A stretch of DNA of 64,000 nt, taken from assembly GCA_963662405.2 (NCBI GenBank), contig CAXXKT010000001.1, forward strand, positions 512,001-576,000, read 5' to 3'. Both the position numbers and the translations under genes were made by a program. Source of the stretch: Syntrophales bacterium. Its GTDB lineage: Bacteria; Desulfobacterota; Syntrophia; Syntrophales; UBA2210. Below the pieces are notes generated by a model that made no database searches, had not been told where the DNA came from, and was given only the letters and a program-made list of their open reading frames with translations. This document shows, one piece after another, positions 33,211-43,483 of this stretch. The number at the start of each line of letters is the position of its first letter. Within the stretch, counting starts at the first letter, position 1.

Positions 33211-34275
33211 TCAGCGCCGTATCCAACGCGTCAACAGCTTCTCTTTTTCCAACAGACCCCATATATAGGTGTCATCAACCCGTTTCCGACTCATACTTTC
33301 ACGTCGCTTTTTCAACAGCACCCGTATATTGCTCAGCAGGGAGAGCTTCGCCCTGACAAAGGGGCGACCTCTGCCCTTCGCCACAAAAAAGATGAGGGCC
33401 ATCACGCCGTACATGATATGTGGAACGATGGTTCGCGCCACCAACGGGCTCGGCATATTTTTCAGGTAGACCCACTCGATATTACGATGCCCGTAATAAA
33501 CGGACAGGGGAGAATCGCGCACGATGCTTGTGCTGCCTTTGTGATACACAATCGCGTCGGGGACATATACGCATTGATACCCTCCGAGTTGTGCCCTGAA
33601 GCTGAGGTCCACATCCTCGTAGAGGAGAAAAAAGTCTTCATCAAAAAGGCCGATATCCGCAAACATGCTGGTCCTGTACAATGCGGCCCCGGCACAGGCC
33701 CCAAAGACGGGCTCGCATCGATCGAATTCACCAGCGGAAGACCCTCGCCCCCTCATAAGTGCCGCGCCGGCACGGGTATACCCGTCACCGGCCCGATCGA
33801 TCATATGTCGCTGATCATACAGGAGCATCTTTGATGCTGCACATCCCGCGCGGGGATTTTCGTCCAACCCATCGACGAGTGCCTGCAACCACGAAGGATG
33901 CGGAACGGCATCATTATTGAGCAGGGCCACATACGGAGTATTGACGGTCTGTATTGCCCTGTTATTCGCAGCGGAGAAGCCGGTATTGGTGGACAGAGAT
34001 ATCGTTTTTACTTCGGGATAACGAACGCGCATAAACTGGACTGATCCGTCAGCGGACCCATTATCCACCACAATGACGGTGAAAGAGGGATACGTTTGCC
34101 GTTGCAACGCATCGAGACACTCCGGCAATAGCTCCCGCCCATTCCAATTCACGACTATCACGGAAACACGATCCACTGTTTTCTCCCTGCACAAACACCT
34201 TGCAAGAGGAAGAGCACTCCCGGCCCCTCTGCACGGGGCATCAACGCCCGGAGTCACAGGCTCTTCTTTATTCAC
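33211..34275 (-). CDS. GT2 family glycosyltransferase
   Basis: VVNWNG, VVDNGSADGS, NTGFSAANN, LLNNDA, FDEDFF..YEDVDL; true start may be downstream. Confidence 0.92.
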   Translation of the reverse strand: MNKEEPVTPGVDAPCRGAGSALPLARCLCREKTVDRVSVIVVNWNGRELLPECLDALQRQTYPSFTVIVVDNGSADGSVQFMRVRYPEVKTISLSTNTGFSAANNRAIQTVNTPYVALLNNDAVPHPSWLQALVDGLDENPRAGCAASKMLLYDQRHMIDRAGDGYTRAGAALMRGRGSSAGEFDRCEPVFGACAGAALYRTSMFADIGLFDEDFFLLYEDVDLSFRAQLGGYQCVYVPDAIVYHKGSTSIVRDSPLSVYYGHRNIEWVYLKNMPSPLVARTIVPHIMYGVMALIFFVAKGRGRPFVRAKLSLLSNIRVLLKKRRESMSRKRVDDTYIWGLLEKEKLLTRWIRR

Positions 34276-35210
34276 GATATGGGCCCCTTTGCCGTATCAT
34301 CACCACCCATCGTACCCGTCCTCTCTCGTATGATACGTAAAAGGTCATCCACACGCGCAGCAACGGAATGCCGTCCGGCGGCCATCTCGTATCCCCGTGA
34401 AGCAATCTCGCCCCGTTCCGCTTCATGATCGAGATAGTATGCTATCTTTTCGTGTAAATCCTCTTTCCCCCGATAGGTAACGACACAGTGATGGAGAAGA
34501 TTATCGAGATCATCGCACCAATCACTGAGGACAAATGCGCGGCATGCCAATGCGTCAAAGATGCGGTTGTTAATGAACCCGTTATCGCGCATATCATCCC
34601 AATGATCGTTTAAGACGATATGGGCGGTTGAGTAGAGCTTTCGCGCATGCTCATACGGAAAATATCGCCCCTTGATATAGCGTCCCGGAATAAAGTTTTC
34701 CCAGTCGGAACCCCACACATGAAGATCAGCGATTGTCGGCAATAGATCGGAGATGATCCGCCTCCTCACCCGTCTGGAATTGCCGAGAAACAAGAGCTGA
34801 CACCCGGTCTCCTCACCGGGATCGGGATACATCAGATCGGAATCGGCAAATTGGAGCAACGTCCGGACAGGGACACGGCACTTCTCGCGTAACCGCCGGG
34901 CAAACGGCCTGGAAGCCACCAGGACGAGATCATATCGTTTCAACTCCCGCATGGTCACTCCATCCGGGTGGCTGATCAGCCACATGAGGTTCAGGGGACC
35001 GCGCTTCGGCTTATAGCGTGACAATCCCTTGATATGGATAGTGACATCACTGAGGGCATCATCCGCACCTTTCCACTCAGGGAGGATCTGAATCCCGACC
35101 CGGTGCCCCCGTTTCTCCAGTTCGCGCGCCAGAGCACGAGCCAGGTGGTAATCGCCCCAGGATGGTGCCTCTTCCCAGGAAGGGACACCTATTTTGAAGA
35201 AGAAATTCAC
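34272..35210 (-). CDS. GT-B glycosyltransferase (CgeB/Glyco_trans_1_2-like)
   Basis: WGDYH, FLGNSR, LNDHWDDM...FINNRIFDALAC. Confidence 0.85.
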   Translation of the reverse strand: MNFFFKIGVPSWEEAPSWGDYHLARALARELEKRGHRVGIQILPEWKGADDALSDVTIHIKGLSRYKPKRGPLNLMWLISHPDGVTMRELKRYDLVLVASRPFARRLREKCRVPVRTLLQFADSDLMYPDPGEETGCQLLFLGNSRRVRRRIISDLLPTIADLHVWGSDWENFIPGRYIKGRYFPYEHARKLYSTAHIVLNDHWDDMRDNGFINNRIFDALACRAFVLSDWCDDLDNLLHHCVVTYRGKEDLHEKIAYYLDHEAERGEIASRGYEMAAGRHSVAARVDDLLRIIRERTGTMGGDDTAKGPIS

Positions 35211-35330
35211 CGGCTCTATATCCTCGACAGGTTACCCCGTTCCATGGCGACTGTGCCTTTCGCTTTTCTCGATCTCAATGTCGAACGTATCATAGCTCGC
35301 CGGGAGGCTGTTGTCCCTTCCGCAGATGGG

Positions 35331-38300
35331 TTACGATTCTTTTCTCGGATGGGCCTGCAGCAATCGATGGTATACCTCTTCATATTCTTCCTGCATTTTT
35401 TCGATGGTTTTAAAATGCATCCTCTCGATCTCTTGTATCTTTCTCTGATATTCCTCCGTATCACGGGCTATGATCAGCATCTGTTCGAACCATCGTTTCG
35501 GATCGTTATAATCGAGCAACCATCCCCCGCCATACTTCCGAATCCGTTCTCGAATGGCGCCGATATCAGATCCGAACACCGGCATTCCATACCACCAGGA
35601 CTCCGTTAACGTGTGACAGTACGATTCAGGGACGATCGAAGGAATCATCGAAAAGGAAGGCTTTGCAGCATCCAGCCATACCGGCAGCAGATGCCGCTGA
35701 TAGGGACCGTGGTCAATAACGCCGGGCAATTGAGACGGCAGGCTTCCATCGCTCCCTCCGAAAAGATGAAATTCGAAATGGATGTCATCGGGATTCTTTT
35801 TTAGATGTCTGGCGTTTGCTTCGATAATGCCCTTTAACAGCAAAGCGCCTTTGTAAGCGGCACCTGCTCCGATAGCGGCCACCCGAATGAGTTTTCCATC
35901 CGGCGATGTGGCTTTGGCACCGGTATTCACGATGTCCCGTCCGTGCTCGATAATAGAGAAAGCCTTCTTGTGCGTCCCGGGATAATGATTCCCGATGATA
36001 TCTTTTATCGCCTGAGCCGTCGTGATAAAAGAATCACAATACACAAGATTTTTCCCCATCCTGTCACGCCACTCATGGATATAGCCGTGTTTCAGGTTGG
36101 GAATAGCCCGATACCATTTATTTCTGATAGAACATGTTCCCTTACCGGGTGAACATTCTCCCCCGCAGAACACGCCTTTGTTATCGATCAGATGTATGGT
36201 CGGACAGAGGGTATAGAGATCGTGAAAGGAAAAGACCACCTGTATATCAAGGTATTTCAAGAAAGGGAACACTTCTGGGCTCAACCCGATGAGAGAACGG
36301 GCATGAGCGATAGCAACATCAAATTCTCTGCAAACAAACTTGAGTATGGATAGTCGGAGAGGATCGATCGGTTCAACAGGATCCCATTCGATGTCAAAGT
36401 GAAATGAATATATCTTCTGATTCGATTGCGAATCATAGAGATCCCACTTCGATTTTCCACAGACAAGAAGGAGCGATCTGAAATCCCTCCCGATAGCTTT
36501 CATCAGATCCCACGCCGTAAATACGGATCCCCCTCCCCCGTCATGAATGAGGAATAAGATGGTCCCCTGTTTGTGAGCACAGAGGACTCCCGCTTCTTGA
36601 TCCGAATCTTCGCTGCTGTCTTCGTGGTGTTTCAGGAGCACATCCAGAGGGAGGGCATTTCTGACTGCCTCGGAAAAATAGATGAGCGGATGAGCCTCCT
36701 GAAACTTCTTTAACAGAGAGTCACACTCCGGGTGAAGGAGACGCAATTGCACCTTCCCCTGTTCGCTCAATTGGTGTTTTTTATCTCCGAACGATGCCAT
36801 GCGGCGGTGATATATATAGACGCCATCATCGATAACGTTCCTGAACCCCGCCTTTATGGCACGGAGGCAGAAATCATTTTCTTCACCGTATCCTTTCGGA
36901 AAGTGTTCCTCGTCAAACAAACCGATGGCGTCCAGGACGGATCGTTTGATATAGAGGCAAAATCCGCTCCCGGTCGCCACCTCGGGCAGATGGCGTATTC
37001 CCAGTTTTGCCATCAATGCGGCATATGATTCAAGGGTATATTCGGCCGGTATCTCATTTCCCCTATTGATTTCCGGGACAGAAAACGCCCCGGCGTTATT
37101 CGAAACCGGGGTTACCGTCCCTATGTTTCTTCTTCGGTAAGCGGATTCACGCAACCGATCAACCCAGGATGGGGTCACTATCGTATCGCTGTTCAGCAAC
37201 ACAATATCCGTCGAACAGCGGGAACATCCGATATTGATCGTTTTTGTAAACCCCAGATTGTGCGCGTTCGTTATCAGGGTGACCCGCGGGCTGCTCGCAT
37301 CGAATCGTTGCAACAGCGGTTTGATGTTCGAATCGGTGCTTGCATCATTAATAAGCAGGATATTATGAGGAGGTGGCGTATAGCGAATGACACTTTCAAG
37401 ACACTTCTCGACATCCTCGAAGGCATTGAAAACAGGAATCACAACGGTAACCGGCTCTTCCGGGATCTGTTCCTCAGGAACTAAAGCGAAGTGTAAAGCC
37501 TGGCGGGGTTTCAGTTCACGGGCTTTTTTTTTTGAGGGAGGGAGCGGGGGCTGATTGGCCGCAGGTTGCTTCGCCGGTGTTCTCTCGATGAGCTTCTTGA
37601 TATAATCCGCCGCAGTCGGAACGTGCGCCTGAAATAACATCCTTCGGTATAACTCTCCCAGCATGACGCCGGCCTTCCAGCGCTTCGACCGTAACAGCTC
37701 TGAGATGTCACGACTCATCTCTTGAATCCAATGATCTCGCTTTTCTATCTCTCGTGCATATCTGTTCTTCAGATTTTGTATCTCACGGTCCTGCTTATCC
37801 CTTAATCTTTTAATCTCATCGGCCTTTTCTTCGCGTAACTTTCGCATTGCATGGGATTGCTCTTCGCGCAATGTTCTGATTTCAAGGGATCGTTCTTCGC
37901 GCAATGTTCTGATTTCAAGGGATCGTTCTTCGCGCAACGTTCGGATTTCAAGGGATCGTTCTTCGCGCAACTTTTGGATTGATTCACCCCATTCTCCCTT
38001 TATGTCCTGTATTCTTTTATCTTTCTGGTCTATGCTGTCGTGCAGAGAAAGCTGCTTTCGGATCTCGATCTTTTCAATCGTTTGAATATAATCGGCAAGG
38101 AGTCGATCCATATCCAGGGTGTCCAAGAATGTCCTTACGGCTTGATTATGCTCCCTCATCTCACCGGGGACAAGAATCCCCAGTCCATTTAATCCGGGCA
38201 GATTGATGAATTCAATACTGTACCTGGTATCCTTTAAAAAATCTTCTATCGCCGTAAGCACCCCGCTTTGCAGATCATTCTCATATATTGCATTGTTGAG

Positions 38301-38810
38301 ATGCCGGTTTAACCCGCCTGCATCGAGAAGCTCCGCCGAATCGGGGTTCATTCCCTTTTGCTTGTAGGGTTTTCGATACTTTTCAGGGATGGTTTCTGGG
38401 TTGTAGTAGAGATCACGGCGGCCATAGGGCCAGGCGGTATCGTGAAGCATGACTACGGGAAAGGGTTTTCCGACATCATACATGCATTTCTCTATCAGTT
38501 TCAGTTCATTGAAAACCGTGTACCAGTTGTGATCTCCATCGATGAGGAAAACATCACCCCCTTCTATCCGGGGGATAGCATTCAGGCTCAGTGATTTGTG
38601 AAACACGAAGTTGCGGCCGTACTGGTTCTTCAAGGCGTCGACATCGAATTGCGGCACCGGGTCAACCGCATGAAGGACCGTGTCCCGCCCCTTGCAGAAT
38701 TCAAGCAGGCGGACCGTGTTTTCTCCGCGGTCCGACCCGATCTCCACGATAACACCCGGTTCAATCATGGTCAGGATGGGTTTGATAATAATATCCCAGA
38801 AATGGTACAT
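35331..38810 (-). CDS. Multidomain glycan enzyme: SAM methyltransferase + coiled coil + GT2 + GT4-like domain
   Basis: VEIGS..G, IDGDHNWY, HDT.WPY (Methyltransf_24-like); 11-residue-periodic coiled coil; VIPVFNA, INDAST, LLNSDT, GYGEENDF (GT2); PES..HTL.E (GT-B). Confidence 0.9.
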   Translation of the reverse strand: MYHFWDIIIKPILTMIEPGVIVEIGSDRGENTVRLLEFCKGRDTVLHAVDPVPQFDVDALKNQYGRNFVFHKSLSLNAIPRIEGGDVFLIDGDHNWYTVFNELKLIEKCMYDVGKPFPVVMLHDTAWPYGRRDLYYNPETIPEKYRKPYKQKGMNPDSAELLDAGGLNRHLNNAIYENDLQSGVLTAIEDFLKDTRYSIEFINLPGLNGLGILVPGEMREHNQAVRTFLDTLDMDRLLADYIQTIEKIEIRKQLSLHDSIDQKDKRIQDIKGEWGESIQKLREERSLEIRTLREERSLEIRTLREERSLEIRTLREEQSHAMRKLREEKADEIKRLRDKQDREIQNLKNRYAREIEKRDHWIQEMSRDISELLRSKRWKAGVMLGELYRRMLFQAHVPTAADYIKKLIERTPAKQPAANQPPLPPSKKKARELKPRQALHFALVPEEQIPEEPVTVVIPVFNAFEDVEKCLESVIRYTPPPHNILLINDASTDSNIKPLLQRFDASSPRVTLITNAHNLGFTKTINIGCSRCSTDIVLLNSDTIVTPSWVDRLRESAYRRRNIGTVTPVSNNAGAFSVPEINRGNEIPAEYTLESYAALMAKLGIRHLPEVATGSGFCLYIKRSVLDAIGLFDEEHFPKGYGEENDFCLRAIKAGFRNVIDDGVYIYHRRMASFGDKKHQLSEQGKVQLRLLHPECDSLLKKFQEAHPLIYFSEAVRNALPLDVLLKHHEDSSEDSDQEAGVLCAHKQGTILFLIHDGGGGSVFTAWDLMKAIGRDFRSLLLVCGKSKWDLYDSQSNQKIYSFHFDIEWDPVEPIDPLRLSILKFVCREFDVAIAHARSLIGLSPEVFPFLKYLDIQVVFSFHDLYTLCPTIHLIDNKGVFCGGECSPGKGTCSIRNKWYRAIPNLKHGYIHEWRDRMGKNLVYCDSFITTAQAIKDIIGNHYPGTHKKAFSIIEHGRDIVNTGAKATSPDGKLIRVAAIGAGAAYKGALLLKGIIEANARHLKKNPDDIHFEFHLFGGSDGSLPSQLPGVIDHGPYQRHLLPVWLDAAKPSFSMIPSIVPESYCHTLTESWWYGMPVFGSDIGAIRERIRKYGGGWLLDYNDPKRWFEQMLIIARDTEEYQRKIQEIERMHFKTIEKMQEEYEEVYHRLLQAHPRKES
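37828..37970. repeat. 33-bp (11-codon) coding tandem repeat within the coiled coil
   Basis: TCTTCGCGCAATGTTCTGATTTCAAGGGATCGT units start at 37861, 37894 and 37927, with a partial unit at 37960 and a degenerate unit at 37828; encodes (LREERSLEIRT)3. Confidence 0.95.
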
Positions 38811-38828
38811 TGTTTCCTCTATCGATTA

Positions 38829-39446
38829 CTATGTATGGTTCAATTCCATTATCAGAATCTTGTGGACGATGCCACGTATAATCATCCGCCGCCATGAGGA
38901 GAGGAGCGAAAGACGCTTCTTTCTGCAAATCAGCACACTATCCCGCCACGTATTACTGGGATCCGAGTAGCGGGGATCCGGCTCCCACTGGGTAAACACC
39001 TCCGCCACCTCGAGATGCGCGAAACGGCTCAGAGCGTCAAATCCGTCAGGATAAAACCGCCAGCAGTCAACGGGGAACCGATGCTCCACCCCACCGGACG
39101 GTGCAATGATACAGCACAATCCGCCTGGCTTCAAGACACGCTCTATTTCAAGTATCGTAATCCAGAAAAACTCTATATGCTCAAAGGCTTGTCCCGAGAT
39201 GAGGACATCAACCGAATTGGATCGTATTGCCGTCCAATCATACGGATTCTGAAGGACGATGTCCACGTTTTTACCCGGAGTCATATCCACCCCGCGATAG
39301 GTCCAGGGGGGAGCATCAAAATGGTGTCTGTACGATCCATTCACGTCACAGCTCCCCAGGTCGAGAATCAGCAACGGCACTTTCTCACGGGTCGCCAGGT
39401 ACCTCTCTTTAAAATCGAGCATCTTATCCAGAGAACTTTGATGCAT
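38829..39446 (-). CDS. SAM-dependent methyltransferase (type 11-like)
   Basis: ILDLGS.DVNG, GKNVD, SGQAFEH, RVLKPGG, H.FPVDCWRF. Confidence 0.9.
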   Translation of the reverse strand: MHQSSLDKMLDFKERYLATREKVPLLILDLGSCDVNGSYRHHFDAPPWTYRGVDMTPGKNVDIVLQNPYDWTAIRSNSVDVLISGQAFEHIEFFWITILEIERVLKPGGLCCIIAPSGGVEHRFPVDCWRFYPDGFDALSRFAHLEVAEVFTQWEPDPRYSDPSNTWRDSVLICRKKRLSLLSSWRRMIIRGIVHKILIMELNHT

Positions 39447-39504
39447 TGCTTCTTCACCTCACATTTCGGATTTAAACGAAAATCCGATAATAACCGTACA
39501 CATG

Positions 39505-40821
39505 TCAGTCACACATATCCGGTTGTCTCAGTTTTGAAACCGATACCGCTACGGGGAGGTGCACCTTACAGTTCACCATTGTTCTCCCCGCCGGAGGAAG
39601 CATTTCAAAGATGTACGCGTTATCCTTCCAGTCATAAAAGACCGGTCGGCCCGGATCGTGTCCGACGGCGGCGGTTATGCTGTAACTCCCCCGAAGAAGC
39701 GGTAACCGCAGAGAAAAATCGACCGCACAGTGTTCGTCCTTTTCCAATGCGGGAAGTTCAAAACCCTCGACGGCAGTGTTTGTCCCCAAAAGATCGATCC
39801 CATAGCGATCCTTCACGATAATGCCGACCACCGCGGGATGACACCCCGCACGGGCTGTCATGCGGACCGATATCCTGACCGCCTGATCAAAATCCACCCC
39901 TTTGAGAACCTGTTCATTTTCATCCAGGATGACAACTTCGTCGATATAGACCTCGCCCGTGCCGACTTGCGTTACACGGCCTGGGGAAGGAGTATCTATT
40001 CTCGTTTTTTCCGTATCTCCCTTTGCTCCGGAAGGAGGGGAGGCTGTTTTCGTGCGCTCTATTTTTGATGTACCGTTTTTCTGTTCCTTGAGCGCAAGGA
40101 GTCCGTGGTAATAATTGGCCACATCCTCCGCCTTACCACTTTGAACAACTTGTCCACTATCAAGGAGGATCGCTTCCTGGCACAGGCTCTTGATTGCCCC
40201 GATGCTGTGACTGACAAAGAGAATGGTCACGCCGGCATCCTGGATTTTCCTGATTCTGTGCATACATTTATGCTGAAATGCCGCATCACCGACGGCAAGT
40301 GCCTCGTCGATGACCAGGATATCCGGATCCGTGTTGATGGCACACGCAAATGCCAGGCGGGCATACATCCCACTGGAATAGAGGCGCATTGGCCTGTCGA
40401 AAAAATCTCCGATATCGGCAAATGTCTCCACAGACGGGAGCTTCTCTATGACCCGCTCTTTGGAAAGCCCCATCAGGCCGCCGTATAAAAGCACGTTTTC
40501 GCGGCCGGTAAAATTTCTATTAAAGCCCGTCCCCAGCTCAAGAATGGCTGATATGCGACCTTCCGTCCTGACACCACCTCCCGTGGGCAACAGATATCCG
40601 CAGACGATCTTGAGCAGGGTACTCTTCCCGCTCCCGTTGATCCCCAGTATCCCCATGGTGGTCCCCTTGGTGAGCGAAAAGGACACATTCCGTAAGGCCC
40701 AGAATTCTTTGTGATACCGACGCTTCGTCAATGACAGAGACTCTTTAATCCGGTCTTTGGGCGAGGCGTATATCTTGAACTCTTTTGATATATTATTGAC
40801 AAGTATCGCGATATCTTCCAT
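39505..40821 (-). CDS. wzt: Polysaccharide ABC exporter ATPase Wzt with C-terminal carbohydrate-binding domain
   Basis: GINGSGKST, YSSGMYARLAF, IDEALAVGD, VSH; C-terminal Wzt_C-like beta domain. Confidence 0.95.
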   Translation of the reverse strand: MEDIAILVNNISKEFKIYASPKDRIKESLSLTKRRYHKEFWALRNVSFSLTKGTTMGILGINGSGKSTLLKIVCGYLLPTGGGVRTEGRISAILELGTGFNRNFTGRENVLLYGGLMGLSKERVIEKLPSVETFADIGDFFDRPMRLYSSGMYARLAFACAINTDPDILVIDEALAVGDAAFQHKCMHRIRKIQDAGVTILFVSHSIGAIKSLCQEAILLDSGQVVQSGKAEDVANYYHGLLALKEQKNGTSKIERTKTASPPSGAKGDTEKTRIDTPSPGRVTQVGTGEVYIDEVVILDENEQVLKGVDFDQAVRISVRMTARAGCHPAVVGIIVKDRYGIDLLGTNTAVEGFELPALEKDEHCAVDFSLRLPLLRGSYSITAAVGHDPGRPVFYDWKDNAYIFEMLPPAGRTMVNCKVHLPVAVSVSKLRQPDMCD

Positions 40822-40841
40822 ATTATTTTCCTGTAAGCTGG

Positions 40842-41651
40842 CTACAAGACCTCCGCGAATTGTCCCTTCAGTCTCCGAAAGACCCACCCGCCGATAAACA
40901 AAAGAACGAGCGTGATGACAAGGAAATAGACGGCGTCGACGAGAGAGGGCCCCTGATTATCCAGAAGCGCCCGTCTGTATCCTTCGGTAACGAAATACAT
41001 CGGGTTCAAACGCAGCAGGAATTGATACTGCTCGGGGATAATCCTCGCCGGATATAAGATGGGACACAAATAGAACCAGAGTTGGAGCACGATCGTCACC
41101 GTCTGACCGACATCCCGGGCGAAGACATTGACGGAGGCCACCAGCCAGCTCAGTCCCAGTGAAAAAAGCATGAGGCACGGAAGATAAATGAAAATGGTTA
41201 GGGCATACCACCCGATCCATTGCTTGCACAGGAGGAGGAGCACCAGAAGGACACCGAATCCGATCAGATGGCCTGTCAGCGCCGAGCCTATCACAACCAG
41301 GGGAAGGATCTCAGAGCGGAATGGCGTCTTTGTCACCAGATTTTTATTCTTTTCTATGATACCGCAGGAATTCTTTACAATTTCGGTAAACATTATCCAG
41401 GGAAGAAGCGCGCAGAAAAGCCAAAGCGCAAAGGGAGTCTCGCCGATCTTGCGTCCGAATATCAGTGAAAAGATCAGCGTATACACGAATACCAGCATCA
41501 AGGGATGGATGACCGCCCAGAACACCCCTGCGAAAGACCCCACATAGCGTGCCTTGAAATCTCTTTCCACCATCAGCCACAAGGTGCTGCGGTGTTGCCA
41601 TATGCGAAGAATAAAATTTTTGGTAGAAAAAATTACCGCCAGAGCAAGCAC
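40842..41651 (-). CDS. wzm: Polysaccharide ABC exporter permease Wzm
   Basis: RDFKARYVGS..G.FW..I.PL, RD..Q, WFYLCPILYP, LNP. Confidence 0.95.
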   Translation of the reverse strand: MLALAVIFSTKNFILRIWQHRSTLWLMVERDFKARYVGSFAGVFWAVIHPLMLVFVYTLIFSLIFGRKIGETPFALWLFCALLPWIMFTEIVKNSCGIIEKNKNLVTKTPFRSEILPLVVIGSALTGHLIGFGVLLVLLLLCKQWIGWYALTIFIYLPCLMLFSLGLSWLVASVNVFARDVGQTVTIVLQLWFYLCPILYPARIIPEQYQFLLRLNPMYFVTEGYRRALLDNQGPSLVDAVYFLVITLVLLFIGGWVFRRLKGQFAEVL

Positions 41652-41835
41652 CCCCTCGATTGTCGGGCTATTTCGTAAGAGGCCTCCACAGTGCTTCTCA
41701 TGTCATTTCGACCGTAGAAAGAGATTTTGTGCTGCAGAATACTATCCGGCGAAGAGCTCTCGTTCCGACAGATCGGGATTCAACATGACATGCAGCTAAT
41801 AAGGCCTTGTTACAACCGCACTCTCTCCTGGTAAC

Positions 41836-41865
41836 GAGGCGACACCGGTCAACCGGTGTCGCCTC
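41836..41865. repeat. Perfect 14-bp inverted repeat between divergent wzm and GT genes
   Basis: GAGGCGACACCGGT-CA-ACCGGTGTCGCCTC; no U-tract on either side. Confidence 0.8.
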
Positions 41866-42045
41866 TCCCCATCCGAGGATACCAGCAACCGGGTATTTTT
41901 CATACCTTCCGTGTTAAGTCAACAAGTTCTTATCAATTTGCTTTGAATGACCTGCCTGAGAATCGATCCTTGAAACTCCCGCAGGTATCATGTATGTTCC
42001 GGTTATCTTAATAATCCTTATACAAACCGATTCGCGGGGTGCGGG

Positions 42046-43317
42046 ATGAAGTTCGGACGATCAATACTCCTCCCTTTCAAGATCTTTCTGAAACAACAAC
42101 TCGGCAGACCATTCATACAACCCGCATATCAGATAGCACGAAGATGTATCGCGAGAAACGGGTTCTTCATCCTGTACAAACGGACCCTCTTGAGGAATCG
42201 GTGCCGGAGTGATCTTTCCTGTTCGGATACCGGGGGTAATCGGATGATCGCCGCGGGGGAACACCGGGATCCGATTCCCTCACTTTTAACAGGCGAGAAA
42301 AGTCCGAATCCATTGACGATCGGCTTTATTATCACGGAAGATCATCCATCGACCATATACGGAGACTATTTTACCGCGCACGGCCTCGGGGACGAACTGG
42401 AACAATACGGTTATCGGGTCGTCTATCTCGCCGAGCGTCCCCGGTACGCATGGCACCTCCTCTCGTCGATCGACATACTGGTGGTCATGAGACACGACTT
42501 CGACCCCTTTCTGCTTCGGCACTTCCCCGGGATAACAAGCGTCGCCTGGATCAGGGGATATGTGGACGAGTGGTGCCGGGCACCCTGGTTTCACCGATAC
42601 GATATCGTCCTCACCACATCTGATCTTTCGCTCCGACACGCCACCCGGTTCACCGACCCCGGGAAATGTCTCGCCGTCCTGAGGCTGGCGGCCGATACCG
42701 GGACCTTTAAACCCGGTCCGTGCCGATCCGAATTCGCATCGGACATCTCTTTCGTGGGAAACATCTTTGAGGTCCCCCGCCGGTTCACACGCATGCTCAC
42801 CGTTGATCCCGGCATGACCTGCGGCATCTACGGAGATATACTGGACCCGCACCACCCCTTTCGCCGCTATCATCGTGGCACGGTGTCTCACGATGATATT
42901 CCGAAGATATACAATTCCTCCAAGATCGTCCTGGAGGACTGCACCCCCATGTGCCGGCCCTGGGGGTGTATCAACAGCAGGACATTCGAGGCAATGGCTT
43001 GCGGGGCATGCGTCGTGTCCAACGAGGTCCCCGGTCTGAAAGAACTGTTCGGTGATGCGATCCTCACGTACCGGAATCGCACAGACTTACATGCCACGAT
43101 ATCATGGGTCCTGTCACATGAAAGGGAGAGAAGGGAAATCGGTGAAAAGGCCCGGGAGGTAATTGTGCGTCTCCATACCTACCGGCACCGAGCCGAAGAA
43201 TTCAGGAATATTTTATTTCGCCACTTCGGGATCGACCCACCCGGGAAAGACCGGGGCACTCCGCACACAGAACATCGCGATCCCGCAGGGAACACAGAAC
43301 CGACATCACCCCTTTGA
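42046..43317 (+). CDS. GT-B glycosyltransferase (CgeB/Glyco_trans_1_2-like)
   Basis: YGDYF, SFVGN, YNSSKIVL, INSRTFEAMACG, HTY.HRA; same family as 34272-35210. Confidence 0.85.
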   Translation: MKFGRSILLPFKIFLKQQLGRPFIQPAYQIARRCIARNGFFILYKRTLLRNRCRSDLSCSDTGGNRMIAAGEHRDPIPSLLTGEKSPNPLTIGFIITEDHPSTIYGDYFTAHGLGDELEQYGYRVVYLAERPRYAWHLLSSIDILVVMRHDFDPFLLRHFPGITSVAWIRGYVDEWCRAPWFHRYDIVLTTSDLSLRHATRFTDPGKCLAVLRLAADTGTFKPGPCRSEFASDISFVGNIFEVPRRFTRMLTVDPGMTCGIYGDILDPHHPFRRYHRGTVSHDDIPKIYNSSKIVLEDCTPMCRPWGCINSRTFEAMACGACVVSNEVPGLKELFGDAILTYRNRTDLHATISWVLSHERERREIGEKAREVIVRLHTYRHRAEEFRNILFRHFGIDPPGKDRGTPHTEHRDPAGNTEPTSPL

Positions 43318-43483
43318 ACGGAGCCGTTCGTTTTTCGAATGAATAGATCCGACAGACAAGGAAGCTCGATATGTCGTGATCCACCATTCCCTGAAGCGTT
43401 CCCTCATCAGCGTCACCGGCATCGCACGGCCCCACAGCCATGTACCTTTCAGGCATCCCCGACGGGGATGCGGCTCACGAGCC

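Noticed and set aside
37828..37970. 33-bp repeats as CRISPR
   Set aside because: Head-to-tail repeats without spacers, inside a coding coiled coil.
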